A stretch of 64,000 bases of DNA from Salpingoeca rosetta (GCA_033442325.1 JAWQFM010000017.1:416731-480730); one strand, 5' to 3'. Shown: positions 39,078 to 52,679, counted from the stretch's first letter. Program-made: numbers and translations. The notes: generated by a model not told the origin, from the sequence alone.

Positions 39078-40313
39078 GCGCGTGCGCGTTTAATGACAGT
39101 ACGCCGCATAATTGGTTGCTCTGCATTGTCGTGCAGCTTCGGTCAGCACTTCTCCTGCTTCCCATCACATCACTCCATTATTGCTTACCAGCACCACCCC
39201 ATGTTGCATTCACAATGCCGACAGGAAATCAACTCGGAGAACGTGCTTGCAAGCACGCGAGAGCGCGTGGAGGAGCTGTTAAACAGCAACAACGTGCTCG
39301 AGCTGGTTGTCACCACCAACTCCGCGGGCTTTGACAAGTACCGTGACTTCACCGGTGGGGAGGAGCGCCTCGTCACGCTGCAGCGTGGCGCGCACGGGTT
39401 TGGGTTCACGGTCTGTGGCCCAGACGCCGAGGGCAGTGGTGCACCTGGTGTGTACATTGCGTCTGTGAGCAAGCATGGCCCGTGTGCTAAGGGACAGGTT
39501 GCCGTGGGCGACCAAATCATCAGCATCAACGGCGCCATCGTGAGTAGGAAGAATGCAATGCGCTGCGTGTTCGCATGCGAATGTGTGTGTGTGTGTGCGC
39601 GTGCGTGCGTGCGTGTGTGTGTCTGTGTGTGTCTGTGTGTGTGTGTGTCTGTAAGCATGAACATGTGACACTTGATCGCTGCCTGTCCTTCTCTTTGTTG
39701 GCAAGGCTAACCTAACCGTGCGTTGCTCGCCTGTGTCCCCCGCCTCTGACCTTCCCTTCCTGTACCGCTATCAACACCACTCCGCCCGCACTCTGCAGAC
39801 GCTGAAGGCCACGGCGCCGGACGTGGACGAGCTGCTGAACGACTCTGGGCCCGAACTGGTGATGGTGGTGTGCGCCAACCACGCTGGGTTTGAGCCCTAC
39901 CGTAAGACTGCCCGCAAGCAGCAGGTGAGCATTCGTCGCACGGAGCAGCGCCGCAAGCGCAAGAGCGCGCGGCAACTGCAAGGCGCAACGAAGGTGAAGC
40001 ACATCACGCTTCGTCGTGACTCCCCAAGCACGCCATGGGGACTGAGCATCTGCGGCCCACAGGACGTCAACGATGACAGCGCAGGCGTCTTCATTGCCAC
40101 CGTCGCGCCAAGGTAATGCAATGATGCAGTTGTGACAGTGCCCGCACTACTTGGGCCACGGCATGACAAATTCCTTGCTTCCCTCCTCAACCTCAACTCA
40201 ATCGTGCATGATCATCTCGCTTTGTACATCGACACACGTCACACAAACACATGCGCATACTCCTCTGCCCCCCCCCCCACACACACACACATGCGCATAC
40301 TCCTCTGCCAACA

Positions 40314-40386
<73 letters not shown>

Positions 40387-43300
40387 TCACTCACTCACAC
40401 ACAAACGCGCGCGCACAAACACTCACTCACTCACTCACACGTGTAACGCCGCCCCCCCCCCCAAATACATACACACACGCAACAGTGGCGTTGCGCATAA
40501 GGACGGCCGCGTTGCAGTTGGTGACCAGCTGCTTGCCGTCAACTCGCACGACGTGCGCCTGGCGAATGTGGAGGATGTCATGAACCTGCTCATTGACTCT
40601 GACATGGAGGCAACGCTGTCCCTCGCCACGAACAACGAGGGCTTTGCGCAGTACCGCGATGACATGGCACAGGTGCACCGGGATGTGCGCACGGTCACCA
40701 TCGACTGCACAGACGCACACGGCCCCGGGTTCTCTGTTGTCGGCGGATCTGAGATGGGAGCTGACATCTTTGTATCTGTCATCCATGTTGGCGGCCCCGC
40801 TGAGCGCACGGGGCACCTCTCCGTTGGCGACCAGCTGCTCACCATCAACGGGCAGGAGGTGACGGGATTCTCGCGCCTGCAGGTGGAGTCAATGCTCCAG
40901 GCAGCGAGTGGGCAAATCACACTCGATGTTGTGGAGAACGCGGATGGGTTTGCGCCCTTCCGCGAGCAGCTGCGCATGCGTCGCTACTCCCAGACGCCCA
41001 AGTTCTTCTCCCCCATGGAGCTGAGACTGATTGAGCTGCCCTGCCACAAGGAGACGGCCGCAGATACGACAACGACAGCGACAGCCGCAGCTGCTGTTGC
41101 GACGGACAATGCGACAATGACCACCGCGAGTGAGGCATTTGGGTTCACGCTCACGGGGTTCAGCGAGACTGGCAAAGGCCCGCAGCGCACAGGCGTGTAT
41201 GTGTCGACCGTTGTGAAGGGCAGCGCGGCTGAGCAGCAAGGGCTGCAGGTTGGCGATCAGCTGATTGAGATTTCTGGCGCGAAAACGGACGAGTGGACCT
41301 CGCTGCGCACGGAGAGCTACCAGCAAGCACAGCGGCTGCTGGCCAAGACATGCCTAGTCGCCGACAGCGTCTCGCTGGTGGTGATGGAGAACATGGAGGG
41401 CTACCTCCTCTTCAGCGAGGTGACGAACAGCGAGCGCATTCGTATCGTCCTTCCTCGTCCCACGCAGGCCTCGCCGCTTGGTTTCGATCTTGCAGCCAGC
41501 AAGCATCACCCACGCAGCGCCCCGGGTATCTTCGTGTCCGATGTCATTGCAGACAGCGACGCGGACAAGGCCGGCGTGCGCGTTGGCCTGCAGCTGCTGG
41601 AGGTGAACGGTCACGCCATTGACGAGCTGGACCTGGACGCCTGCTGCACACTGCTGAGTCAGCAGATTGGTGATGTGGTACTGTGCTTCCAGGAGGACAA
41701 GGATGCATATGAACGCGTCATTGCCAGCGGCTGCAGCTCTGTGTCTGGCGGTTCCATGGCAGACCTGTACAACCGGGCAACCGTCAACCTGAACAAGGCC
41801 CAGCGCTCGAGCAAGCAGGCCTTGATGCAAGGTGAACAGGACGCTGCGGCTGCAAAGAAGCAAGCAGCTGCCACTGCCTTAACGGGTGCTCCTACTCCTA
41901 CTACGACTGCAGGAGCAGAAGCCGCGACTGGGTCAGCACAGACAACACAGCAGGCGCGTAAGAAGCAGGCGTCATCCTCGTCTGCTTCGTCCTTGCAGGC
42001 AGCGGTGGACGCGGTTCCACTTCGCCAAAAAGCAGACGATGCCAGTGCCAGTGCGAGCACTGGTGTCGGGGCCATGAAGGCCGGTCGGCGTCGCAGCAAG
42101 CAGAGGCGGCAGTCACGCTTCCCGCCACTTCCGTTTTACGTGCGCGCACTGTACGACTATGAGGCAGAGCATCACTCGCAGCTGTCCTTCAAGCGCCGCG
42201 ACGTGCTTGAGGTCACCAACGTGTCTGATCGCGAGTGGTGGATGGCGCGCAACCCGGCAACGGGAAAGATGGGCCACATTCCCTCGCGCAACCGCCGTGA
42301 GAAGGACTTTATGATGACGCGCGAGTGGGCAGACCTCTGTGCCCGTGTGGAGGAAAACATGTCCAAGCCTCAAAAACGCCTCACCCTCACCAACAAGGTG
42401 TGTACGACGTGTGATTTATGTGATGTGTGTGTGATGTGTGATGTGTGTGCGTGCGTGATGTGTGCATGCGTGATGTGTACGTTGTGTGTGCGTATGTGTG
42501 TGTGTGTGTCCGTGTTTACGTTGTGGCGCAGGAATGCACGTTTGCTTCTGCCGTTGTTTGCCTGCGCTTCTTGTTTCACTGCATCGCCTCACACGTCCCC
42601 TTCCCCGCACACCCTCAGACCCCGGAGGAACGCAAGGCCGAGGCTGTGTCCATTCGCTCATATCAGGTAGTATCGAAGCGCAGTGTTGCCGGGAATTTCA
42701 AACGCCCACTGGCCATCATCGGGCCGGAGTCGCTTCGCATTACAGAGGCGGTGCGGCACGTCCTGCCCAACATTGAGTTTGTGCACGCTGTTCCCCATAC
42801 GACGCGCGCGCCACGCGAAGGCGAAGTGGACGGTGTTGACTACTTCTTCATCACGCGCCAGGAGATGGACGACATGCTCTCCCACAAGGTTTGTTTTGTA
42901 TTGTCGTTCAAATCTGTGTGTGTGTGTGTGGGTGTGTGGTTGTGTGGGTGTGTGTGTGTCTGTGTGTCTGTGTGTCTGTGTGTGTGTCTGTGTGTGTGTG
43001 TGTGTCTGTGTGTGTCGCTGTGGTCCTCCGGATGATGATAGTTTGAATTTTGCGCCAACCACAGGCATGATTTTATGGTGTCGTTGTGTTGCATTTCAAT
43101 CAAACCGCACGGTTTTTCCACCACCACCACCACCACGACAAGTCTTGTTCGCGATCAACATCGTCACGCCGTGTCCTACTTGCCCCACTTGCTCACTCTT
43201 TCCTTCCCTCCATCTCCTCCCCGCTCTCTCTTCCTTGCTTGCTGCCTGATCTATCTGTCTGGAGCAGAAGTTCATTGAGGCTGGGCGGTACAAGGGCAAC

Positions 43301-43911
43301 CTGTATGGCACATCCCTGACGGCCATCCGTGAGCCCGCAGAGGAAGGGAAAGTTGTCATCCTCGACACGCAGCTCAAGGCGATCCAGCGCCTGCAGCAGT
43401 TTGGCGACATCCACCCCGTGGTCATTTTCCTTCGCCCGAAGAGCGTGGACACACTGCTCAAATCACTGCAGCAAGCGGCTGCCGCAGACGACGAGGACAC
43501 GCCTGTCGACAAGTCAACAGCAGAGGCGCTGTACAACGCAACGATGGCCACGGAGGACGAGTTTGATCACCTCTTCACCCACGTTGTCGACACGGGCGTG
43601 AGCTTGGCCAAGACAGTCAAGTCCGTCGCCAACATTGTCTTCCACTGCGTCGACGCCACATACTGGGCCCCCGATTTCACCCAGCTGCCGCTCGCACCAC
43701 CAGCATCGTCGCGCGCTGAGTTGACAGCAGCAAGCTTCCGCGTGTCCCCGCTCGAAGCCGTGGCGGAGGAAGAGGCATCATCAGTGCAGCACGGCGATGG
43801 TGATGGTGCTGAGCAGCAGAAGTCGGCAGCGGGCCTGGATGCCATCCCAGAGATCACTGCCGTGTCGACAGAGAAGGCTGTCGACACATCGCCTGCCAGT
43901 GCATCACCTCA

Positions 43912-43947
<36 letters not shown>

Positions 43948-45377
43948 CCAAGATGACGGGAGCAGTGGCGATGATGCTGCTGCAATCGCCAAGGCGAAGA
44001 AGCGACGGCGCCGTAAGCAGAAGGGAAGATCGCTGGCACCACGTGGCATTGCTCCTGTTACCGTTGTGGTTCGGCGGAACGACAAGGGCTCGTTTGGCTT
44101 CAGCGTTGCTGGGGGCATTGAGGATGATCTGCTGCCTGCGATCGTGCTTCGCCCCAACGTCACCCCCCTTGTTGTTCGCGGCGAGCCCCTTGGCAAGGGC
44201 GACGAGATTGTGTCGGTGAACGGCGTGAATGTGGCGGGGCAATCGCATGCCGAAGTCATCCGTCTGATCAAGAGCGCTGGTGATGAGGTCACGCTCTCCA
44301 TCCTCAAACGCAAGACAAACCAGTCCTACAGAAAGGTGTGTGTATGTATGTTTGTGTGTGTGTGCGCGCGCGCGTGTGTGCATGTGTGTGTGTGTGTGTG
44401 TGTGTGTGAAAGTGCACGTCGCGGTACTCAACTCACGCTTTGTACGTTTCCAACCTGGCTGGTGACCACCAAGGTGAGCGAGCTGATGGCACTGCCATCG
44501 ATGGACGAGGATGCGGCGGCGTTGCAAGACCAGGTCAAGAGCACGCTCTACAGCATGACCGTACCCGTCACGTCACGTCCAAAGCAGGAGGATGAAGTTG
44601 ACGGCGAGGACTACCAATTTGTCTCCACAGCAGTGTTTGAGGAGGTGTGTGTGTGTTGTGTTGTGTGTGTATGTGTGTGCGTGTATGTGTGTAAGCACTT
44701 GTTTGTGTATGTGTGTGTGTGTGCAAAGTTCTGTGCTGCACTCTGCTTGCGTCCTTACTCACTTCTCGATGTATGTTCGTGCCATGCCTGTGGTCTAGAT
44801 GATCATGAACGGGCAGTTGCTTGAGTGGGGCAAGTACAAAGGCCACTACTACGGCACACCCAAGGTCATTCCAAGTGATCTCGACCCCAGCCGCCGCTTT
44901 GAGCGCTCCCGCACTTTCAAGGTGTGTGTGTGTGTGTGTGTGTGTGCGTGCGTGCGTGTGTGTGTGTGTGTTTGGTTGGTTGGTTGGTTGTGTGTTGACG
45001 TTAGTGACAGAAGCGTGCGCTGTCTCTGCTCACGACATCCTCTGTCGACTCTTCTAATATTCTCATACCTGTGCCGACAGCATGCGATGAAGAACAAGGA
45101 TCGCAAGGGCACGCGCGTGAACACCGTAATCCTGCAGAGGAAGCCAGAGACGAAAGGGTTTGGTATTGAGTTCCAGGGCGGGATTGAGAAGGACGAGCTG
45201 CCAACCATCACGCACTTGAACGACCCAGTTGTTCTCAGTTCAAGCTATGGCAACATTCAGGAGGTGGGTTGGAGGTGACGTGTGTGCATTCTGTTGCGTG
45301 TATACGTGTGTGCATTCTGTTGCGTGTATACGTGTGTGTGTGTGGGTGTGTGTGGGTGTGTGTGGGTGTGTACATGC

Positions 45378-45419
<42 letters not shown>

Positions 45420-47663
45420 CCGTGTGGACTGTCCAGAGCGCATGTATTGACAAATGCACATGCGGGGTTCATGTTCGCTCGTCACTAGGGTGATTGCATC
45501 TTGGCCATCAACTCCCTAAATGTCGCCGGCACCACCCACGACAGCGCAATGCGACTGCTCGAGGTACGCGATGAAAAGGGAGGGCCGCATGTGCGTGTGT
45601 GTGTGTGTGTGTGTGTGTCGGAACCGATCTCAAGTTTGATTGTGATCTTGGTGATCGTGCTGTTACCTTCCCCTTCCTCGCCTCCACTCATTCCTTTCTC
45701 CTCCCCACCACCAACCCGCCATCCCACGCATCGTCACAGGGGGCGGATGACACGGTTGAGTTGTTGGTGCTGTGCAGAGAAGCGCAGAACTGGAAGCACC
45801 GACGCTCCATCCGCGAATTCCTGGCGCCATCTGTTCACGATGATGACGCTTTGAAGGCCATCAAGGCCGATGTCCGACGTGGCATGTACAGCCACACCGT
45901 CCCGCTTACAACACGCAAGCCCCGCGAGGGCGAGAAGGTACACCAGTGGTGCGAATTGTTTGTGAGTGAGAGTGTGTGTGTGTGCTTGTGCGTGTGCGCG
46001 TGCTTGTGCGTGTATGTGTGTGTGTGTGTGCGTGCGTGCGGGTGCGAGTGTGTCATTGTCCGCTTTGCGTGCATGCATGTCCAACACCACTTCCGCTTCC
46101 AGTACACACCAATCCAATGCCTCTCCCTCCCCCTCGCGGTTTGTTTTCGTTTCCGCCCATCCCTCTGCAGCACGGCGTGCACTACTTCTTCGTGTCGAAG
46201 GAGGAATTCGAGGAGATGATTGAGCGGGACGAGCTCTTTGAATGGGGCGAACGCAACGGTCAGTAGCTGTTTTGCTTGATTGTGTTTTGCTTGATTGTGT
46301 TTTGTTTGATGTTGTTGCCGTGCATTTCCCGGTCATCTTGCACTTGTGCACACTTGCTCACACACATACACCTACACACACACGCTCACTCGCACACACA
46401 CACACGCTCACACACACATTCAACGACAGGTGTGTACTATGGCACGCGCAGGTCCGCTGGGCAGAACCAGACGGACGGCGGACTGATTCGATGCACGTCG
46501 CTGACAAAACGGTCCAGTGCCAAGGATCTGGCCAGGCCCACGCTCGTCACGTTTAAGCGCGGCCCAACCGGATTTGGTTTCAACATCGTGCACGTGCGGG
46601 AACAGCCTTGCCCAGGCATCTACATTTCGCACGTCAAGCCTGGCAGCCCAGCGGATGAGCAAGGCGGGCTGCAGGAGGGGTTGCAGGTGTTGGCGGTGAA
46701 CGGTCAGGATGTGGCCAGTGCATCGAAGGAGGAGGCATCCGCTGCGCTCAAGAGCACCGGTGACTACATCTCTCTCCTCGTTCGCACCAACCCACAGGTG
46801 AGCAGATGTGTGTGCGTGTTTGTGTGTGTGTGTGTGTGTCTGTGTGTGTGTCTGTGTGTCTGTCTCTGTGTCTGTGTGTTTGTGGGTGCGTATTGCGTTT
46901 TTGCGTATGTGCGCGTATGCCTACTATTCATGTACCACAACAACACTTCTCACGCAAGGTTTCCTCTGCTTCACAGGGCTACGCTGGGTACAAGCGTGCG
47001 CTGCGCCGTGACAGCTACCAGCAGGCAGCCGACATGGAGTCACGCATCCAGCGGATTGGCGGCACAAACGTGCGCATCGTGCACGTCGAGCGCACTGACA
47101 AGGGCTTTGGCCTTCGCATTGCCAAGGACGATGACTTGGGTGTTGTGCACATCACAGAGGTGTTGCCTCAGTGCCAGGCGCTTGACATTGCGACGGGCGA
47201 TGCCATTGTGCAGATGGACGAACACCCTGTGCAGGATCTGCAACACGAAGAAGTCTTGGATCTTCTCAGGCGCAAGTCCAAAGTCTCATTTGTGGTCGTC
47301 TCCCTGCCGGTGAGCGTCATAGTGTGTGTGTGTGTGTGTGTGTCTGTGTGTGTGCTGCACCCATACGACGTGCCCCAAGCAAAGCTATATGTTTATCATC
47401 ACCATCATCATCCATTTTCCCCACTCACCCCAATGCATGCACGCGCGCCCGCCCATTACAATCTGTAGTCCGTGTCTGTTGTTGAGGACGCCAACGCTCA
47501 TGTTGAGAATGCAGCCACAGCCGCCGAGCGCAGCGTGCATCTTGTCAAGCGCGGGCAGGGCTTTGGTTTCACGGTCGCCTCTGATCCCGACACGGGATTG
47601 CAGTCACGCATTGCCAGCGTTGTTGAAGGCAGCGTGGCCAGCGATTCGGGAATGGTGAGTGTA

Positions 47664-47697
<34 letters not shown>

Positions 47698-49030
47698 TGT
47701 GTCTGTGTCTGCGTGTGTGTGTCTGTGTTGTGTCTGTGTCTGTGTCTGTGTGTGTGTCTGTGTGTCTGTGTATGTATGAAACCGTGGACTTTGCTAGTTG
47801 CTTCCTGTCAGCGTTCACTTTGCCTCTACCATTGCGCATTGAAGTTTCCTCGCTGGTCTCACCCCCCCCCCCCACTTCGGTCTGTCCATGTCACACTCTC
47901 CTTCTCCCACCGCACCACCGCTACTGCCAACAGCTGTTCTCTGGAGACCGCATCCTGGCCATCAATGGCGAAGACGTGTCAAACATGATTCACGAGGACA
48001 TCATTGCGTGCCTGCGTGCGTGCGATGAGCTTGACCTGCGAGTCACAAGCGACACCGCCCCTCTCCCCGCTGCCCTGACATCATCGCCAAAGACACCATC
48101 ACGTGCGCCGTCGAACGACGTGACCCCTGCGCGTGGACAGCTACAAACAGCGGCTGCAGCGACGACGAAACAAATGCTCACTGTTGGCGGGCTGGATGCG
48201 CTTGATGAGGAGTCGACGACTGACGGGTACGACAACCTCGGGTCCATCTATGGTCGCGCATCGACAGGGACAGGTGCACGCACCAAGGCAGCGGCGGCAG
48301 CAGCAGCGACAGCTGCACAGGACACACACACGGTTGAGGTCGCACGTGGTTCGGCAGGCCTTGGCCTGACCATCATCACGGACGAGGAGCTTGGCATTGT
48401 GCGGGTTGCGGGACTGGTACCAGGTGGTGCTGCCGACGTGACGGGCATGATTGAGATTGGGGACCGCATCTTGGCCATCAACGGCGAGATGACGGCTGGC
48501 AAGTCGCACGGTGGCGTGGTAGACATGCTTCGGCAGGGCGACGCTGTGCAGCTGGTCGTGTGCCGCGATCCAACACCGCTGCCAGAGGCGGACGAGGAAG
48601 AGGAAGTGGCTGGCGGCGAAGGCGCCGTGTTTGGCGGTGGCGGTGCGGGCCACGATGCCCATCACCCCATTGAGGAGCGGCGTGTTGTTCTGCACAAGAG
48701 CGAGCTTGGCTTTGGCATGCGCATCTCCTCTCCCTCCGACAACGACGTCGGCGCGTGCGTCACCACCGTTGTGGATGGCGGACCAGCCGCAGCCTCGGGC
48801 TTGGTGAGTGAGTAGTGCTTGTGTGTGTGTGTGGTGGGGGTGGGGGGGTGGTGAGTCGTTCGTCGTTCGTGTGTGTCGTGTGTGTGTGTGTTGNNNNNNN
48901 NNNNNNNNNNNNNNNNNNNNNNNNNNNNNNNNNNNNNNNNNNNNNNNNNNNNNNNNNNNNNNNNNNNNNNNNNNNNNNNNNNNNNNNNNNNNNCGTCGTC
49001 GTCGTCGTCGTCGTTGTGTTGTTGTTGTTG

Positions 49031-49102
<72 letters not shown>

Positions 49103-50911
49103 GCTTTGCGGCAGATATTCTGCTTGTGCAGCCGCTAACATGACCCTCTTCATGCACACACACACACACAACGTGGCAGGTGCGAGAGAACGATGTGCTG
49201 GTGTCTGTAAACGGCGTGGAGGTGCTTGACATGCGCCACGACGACATTATTGACCTTCTCCGTCGCAACTCAACCGTGGACCTGGTGCTGTCGTCTGACC
49301 TCTCACTTCTCGGCCTCACCCTCGTGCCCGAGCGACGCACGGTTGTGCTTCGGCGCACAGAGCAAGGGTACGGCATGAAGGTGACGACAGACGAGACGCT
49401 GGGCATTGTGCGCATCACCGCCATCACAGAGAACGGGCCCGCGTATGAGTCTGACCTCGTGTTTGTGGGTGACGTGATTCTGGAGGTGAACGGCGAGCCG
49501 CTTGCTGGTTGCACGCACGAGGATGTGATCAGGGCAATGACCGCACACGACGAAGCAGAGCTGGTGCTGCTTGCTGACGACTCACCGCTGCCTGTTGCCG
49601 ACCACGGTGGGCTGGACCAAGACTTTGGCGTGAATGACATTCGCGTGGTGCACTTGAAGCGTGAGGACCGCGGGTTTGGCCTGCGGCTTGCGCCGGCAGA
49701 CGAGACGGAGTATGGCGCCATTGTGATTGACATTGTGCCAGGTGGTGCTGCCTCGTTCAACAAGAACATTCGGCTGGACGACATCCTTGTTGAGATTGAC
49801 GGCATGAACGTCCTCGACATCGAATACGTGAGTGGCTATGCGCGTGTTTGAGGCGGGGTGGGGATGGTAAGCGCCTGTGTTACGTTTGAGGGATGCTATC
49901 GGAAACAACTCGTTTGATTGCATCTCCCCATGCTTTGCCGCTGTCTCACCTTGCCCAACAACAACACACGCATGCATGCACGCGTGCTCATGCACACATG
50001 CACATCCACACTGGGTACGTTTCAACGACCGCAGAACGAGATCATCAACATGCTGGTGAGCAAGCGGCAGGTGACGCTGACGCTGTCCAGCGACTTGGCG
50101 CTGCTCGGTCTGCAAGCCGTGGACCGGCGGGTGGTGAAGGTGAAGAACTCCGAGCATGGCTACGGCATGGAGATTGAGGCGAACCAGGACGACGGCTTTG
50201 TTCAGATTGTCAGCGTCGATCCCATCGGCACCGCCGGCCAGACCGCACAGGTGAAGAAGATGTTGTTAATGTGTGTTTGTTTGTGTGTGTGTGCGTGCGT
50301 GTGCGTGCGTGTGTGTGCGTGTGTGCGTGAGTGTGCGTGCGTGCGTGCGTGCGTGCGTATGTGTGTGCGCGTGCGTGTGTGTGAGTGTGTGTGCGTGTGT
50401 GTTTGTGTGCGTGCGTGCGCGCGTATGTGTGCGCGTGATTTCACTCTCGTTCGCACTTCTGACCTCACTCCTCGTGTCGTTTGCACATTTCTTTCTCCTA
50501 CAGGTGTTCCCGGGCGATCTGATTGAGATGGTGAACAACCAGTTTGTGGGCGGCATGAGCCGAGATGAGGTCATACAGATCATGACTGAGTACGACCAGG
50601 TCGAGTTGGTGCTGCTTGGCAACGACCAGGTCGAGTTGGTGCTGCTTGGCAACGCCGACAACAGCAACGCAGGCGGTGGCGGTGGCGGCGGCGGCGGGCA
50701 TGGCTCGTCAACCAGCGCCAGCCAGCAGCAGCCTGCGCTCGCACCAGGGATGCAGGTGCCACCGTCCTCAAATCTCATTACGCAAGTTGGCCCCCGCATG
50801 GGGCGTTCAGAAGAAGGTGTGCATGCGTGCTGTGTTGTGTGCATGCGTGTGTGCATGCGTGCTGTGTTGTGTGTATGTGTGTGTGCATGCGTGCTGTGTT
50901 GTGTGTATGTG

Positions 50912-50942
<31 letters not shown>

Positions 50943-52055
50943 GTGCGTTGTGTGTTGTATGTGTTGTGCATGTGTGCTTGAGTGTGTTTGGGTTGTGCAT
51001 GTGTGCTTGAGTGTGTTTGGGTTGGTTTCGTTCGTTTGTTTGTTCACAATTCATGAAGTGTCTTGCGTTCCGTTGTGCTGTGTGTCATCATCACCGTCAT
51101 CACCGTCATCATCGTTGTCACCGCTCACTCGCTCGCTCATTGCTGTGTTCCTCCCTCGCTGCACACAGGTGTCATTGCAAAAGGGCGCCAATGGGTTTGG
51201 TCTCAACCTCACGTTCTCGGACACGATGCACGCTGCAGTAATTGCCAACGTGGCGAGCAACAGCCCCGCGGAGGCGTGCGGACAGCTGGCGATTGGCGAC
51301 GTGATTGTTGCCATCAACGGCGTGAACACGGTGGGCGTGGCCCTGGAGGAGGTTGTCGACCTGATGCGCACGTGCGGCGAACACGTGGAGCTGTCGCTTG
51401 TGGCGGACGTGGCGGTGGTGCAGCTGCAGGACGGGACGCTACCTGTGCCATCGTCACTCCGCACAGTTGTGCTTGAGCGCACCAAGGAGACGCCCCTCTA
51501 TGGGATCCACCTCACCACCACCAATGACCGCGTGCGTGTGAGCGAGATTCTGCCGTGCAGTGCTGCGGATATCAGCGGGGAGGTGTTCCCTGGCGATGCC
51601 ATTGTGGCCGTGAACGGGGTGCTGATGGAGGGCAAGACGAGGCAGGACGTTGCTGATGCCATTCGCACGCAGCAGCGCGTCGTGCTCGTCTTGGATGCCG
51701 ACATTTCCCCGCTCCCAGAGAACAACGACATTGTGGCGGAGGTGTGTTTGCCTGTGTGTGTGTGTGGGGGGGGGAAGTGTTTGTTGAACTTGATGCACGT
51801 TTGCCTTTACTTTTGCAACGGGGGAGGGGGGTTGCTTTTGCGCCGTAATCTCGCACGTGTTCTCACTGTCATGTGCCTTCCTCTCCGTTGTTGACGTTGC
51901 AGGAGCTGATTGAGCTGACGCGGAAACCTGGCGAGTCGCTTGGGTTTTCCTTTGAAACGTTTGACAACACCCCGGGCGTGTTTGTTAAGCGCGTCAAGTC
52001 CATGGGCGTCGCTGCCAAGGACGGAAGACTACGCATTGGCGATCGCATCATCGAG
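32078..52055 (+). CDS. Giant multi-exon scaffold: FERM - 10 PDZ - SH3 - GUK - (PDZ - truncated GUK)x2 - at least 11 PDZ; 3' end lost in the gap at 52264-52534
   Basis: FERM about 32120-34910 (EQDFFGLVY, FRIKFY, RYLFFLQL, MYGVDLY, CKALWKSAIQHHTFFR). 23 GLGF-type PDZ units counted by eye. SH3 about 42133-42295 (YVRALYDY...WWMAR...GHIPS). GUK about 42700-43670 (AVPHTTRAPREGEVDGVDYFFI, EAGRYKGNLYGTS). Two more GUK cores at about 44530-44866 and 45860-46447. Confidence 0.85.
50592..50654 (+). repeat. Perfect 30-nt in-frame tandem duplication (DQVELVLLGN x2)
   Basis: acgaccaggtcgagttggtgctgcttggca occurs twice in tandem. Confidence 0.95.
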
Positions 52056-52263
52056 GTATGGTGTGTGTGTATGTATGTGTGTGTGTATGCGTGTGTGTGT
52101 GTGTGTTGGTTGGTTGGATACACTTGTCTCCGCCTGATGTGTTGTTCTTGTCTGTTGGTCACATGCTCGCTTTGTGCTTCAGTTGCTACAGTTGTGCCTC
52201 ACCACTTATCCTCCCCCCCCCCCCCCCCACACACACACACACAACTTCTCCCCTCCTCCTATC

Positions 52264-52534
52264 NNNNNNNNNNNNNNNNNNNNNNNNNNNNNNNNNNNNN
52301 NNNNNNNNNNNNNNNNNNNNNNNNNNNNNNNNNNNNNNNNNNNNNNNNNNNNNNNNNNNNNNNNNNNNNNNNNNNNNNNNNNNNNNNNNNNNNNNNNNNN
52401 NNNNNNNNNNNNNNNNNNNNNNNNNNNNNNNNNNNNNNNNNNNNNNNNNNNNNNNNNNNNNNNNNNNNNNNNNNNNNNNNNNNNNNNNNNNNNNNNNNNN
52501 NNNNNNNNNNNNNNNNNNNNNNNNNNNNNNNNNN
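52264..52534. other. Assembly gap (others at 24781-24880, 30028-30127, 33309-33408, 48894-48993)
   Basis: Runs of N. Confidence 0.99.
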
Positions 52535-52552
52535 GCAGACGAACGAAACAAC

Positions 52553-52627
<75 letters not shown>

Positions 52628-52679
52628 CGATTATGCTCCGATAGCTTCATTTCATGTTGGGCACGTGCTTGGCATTGTC

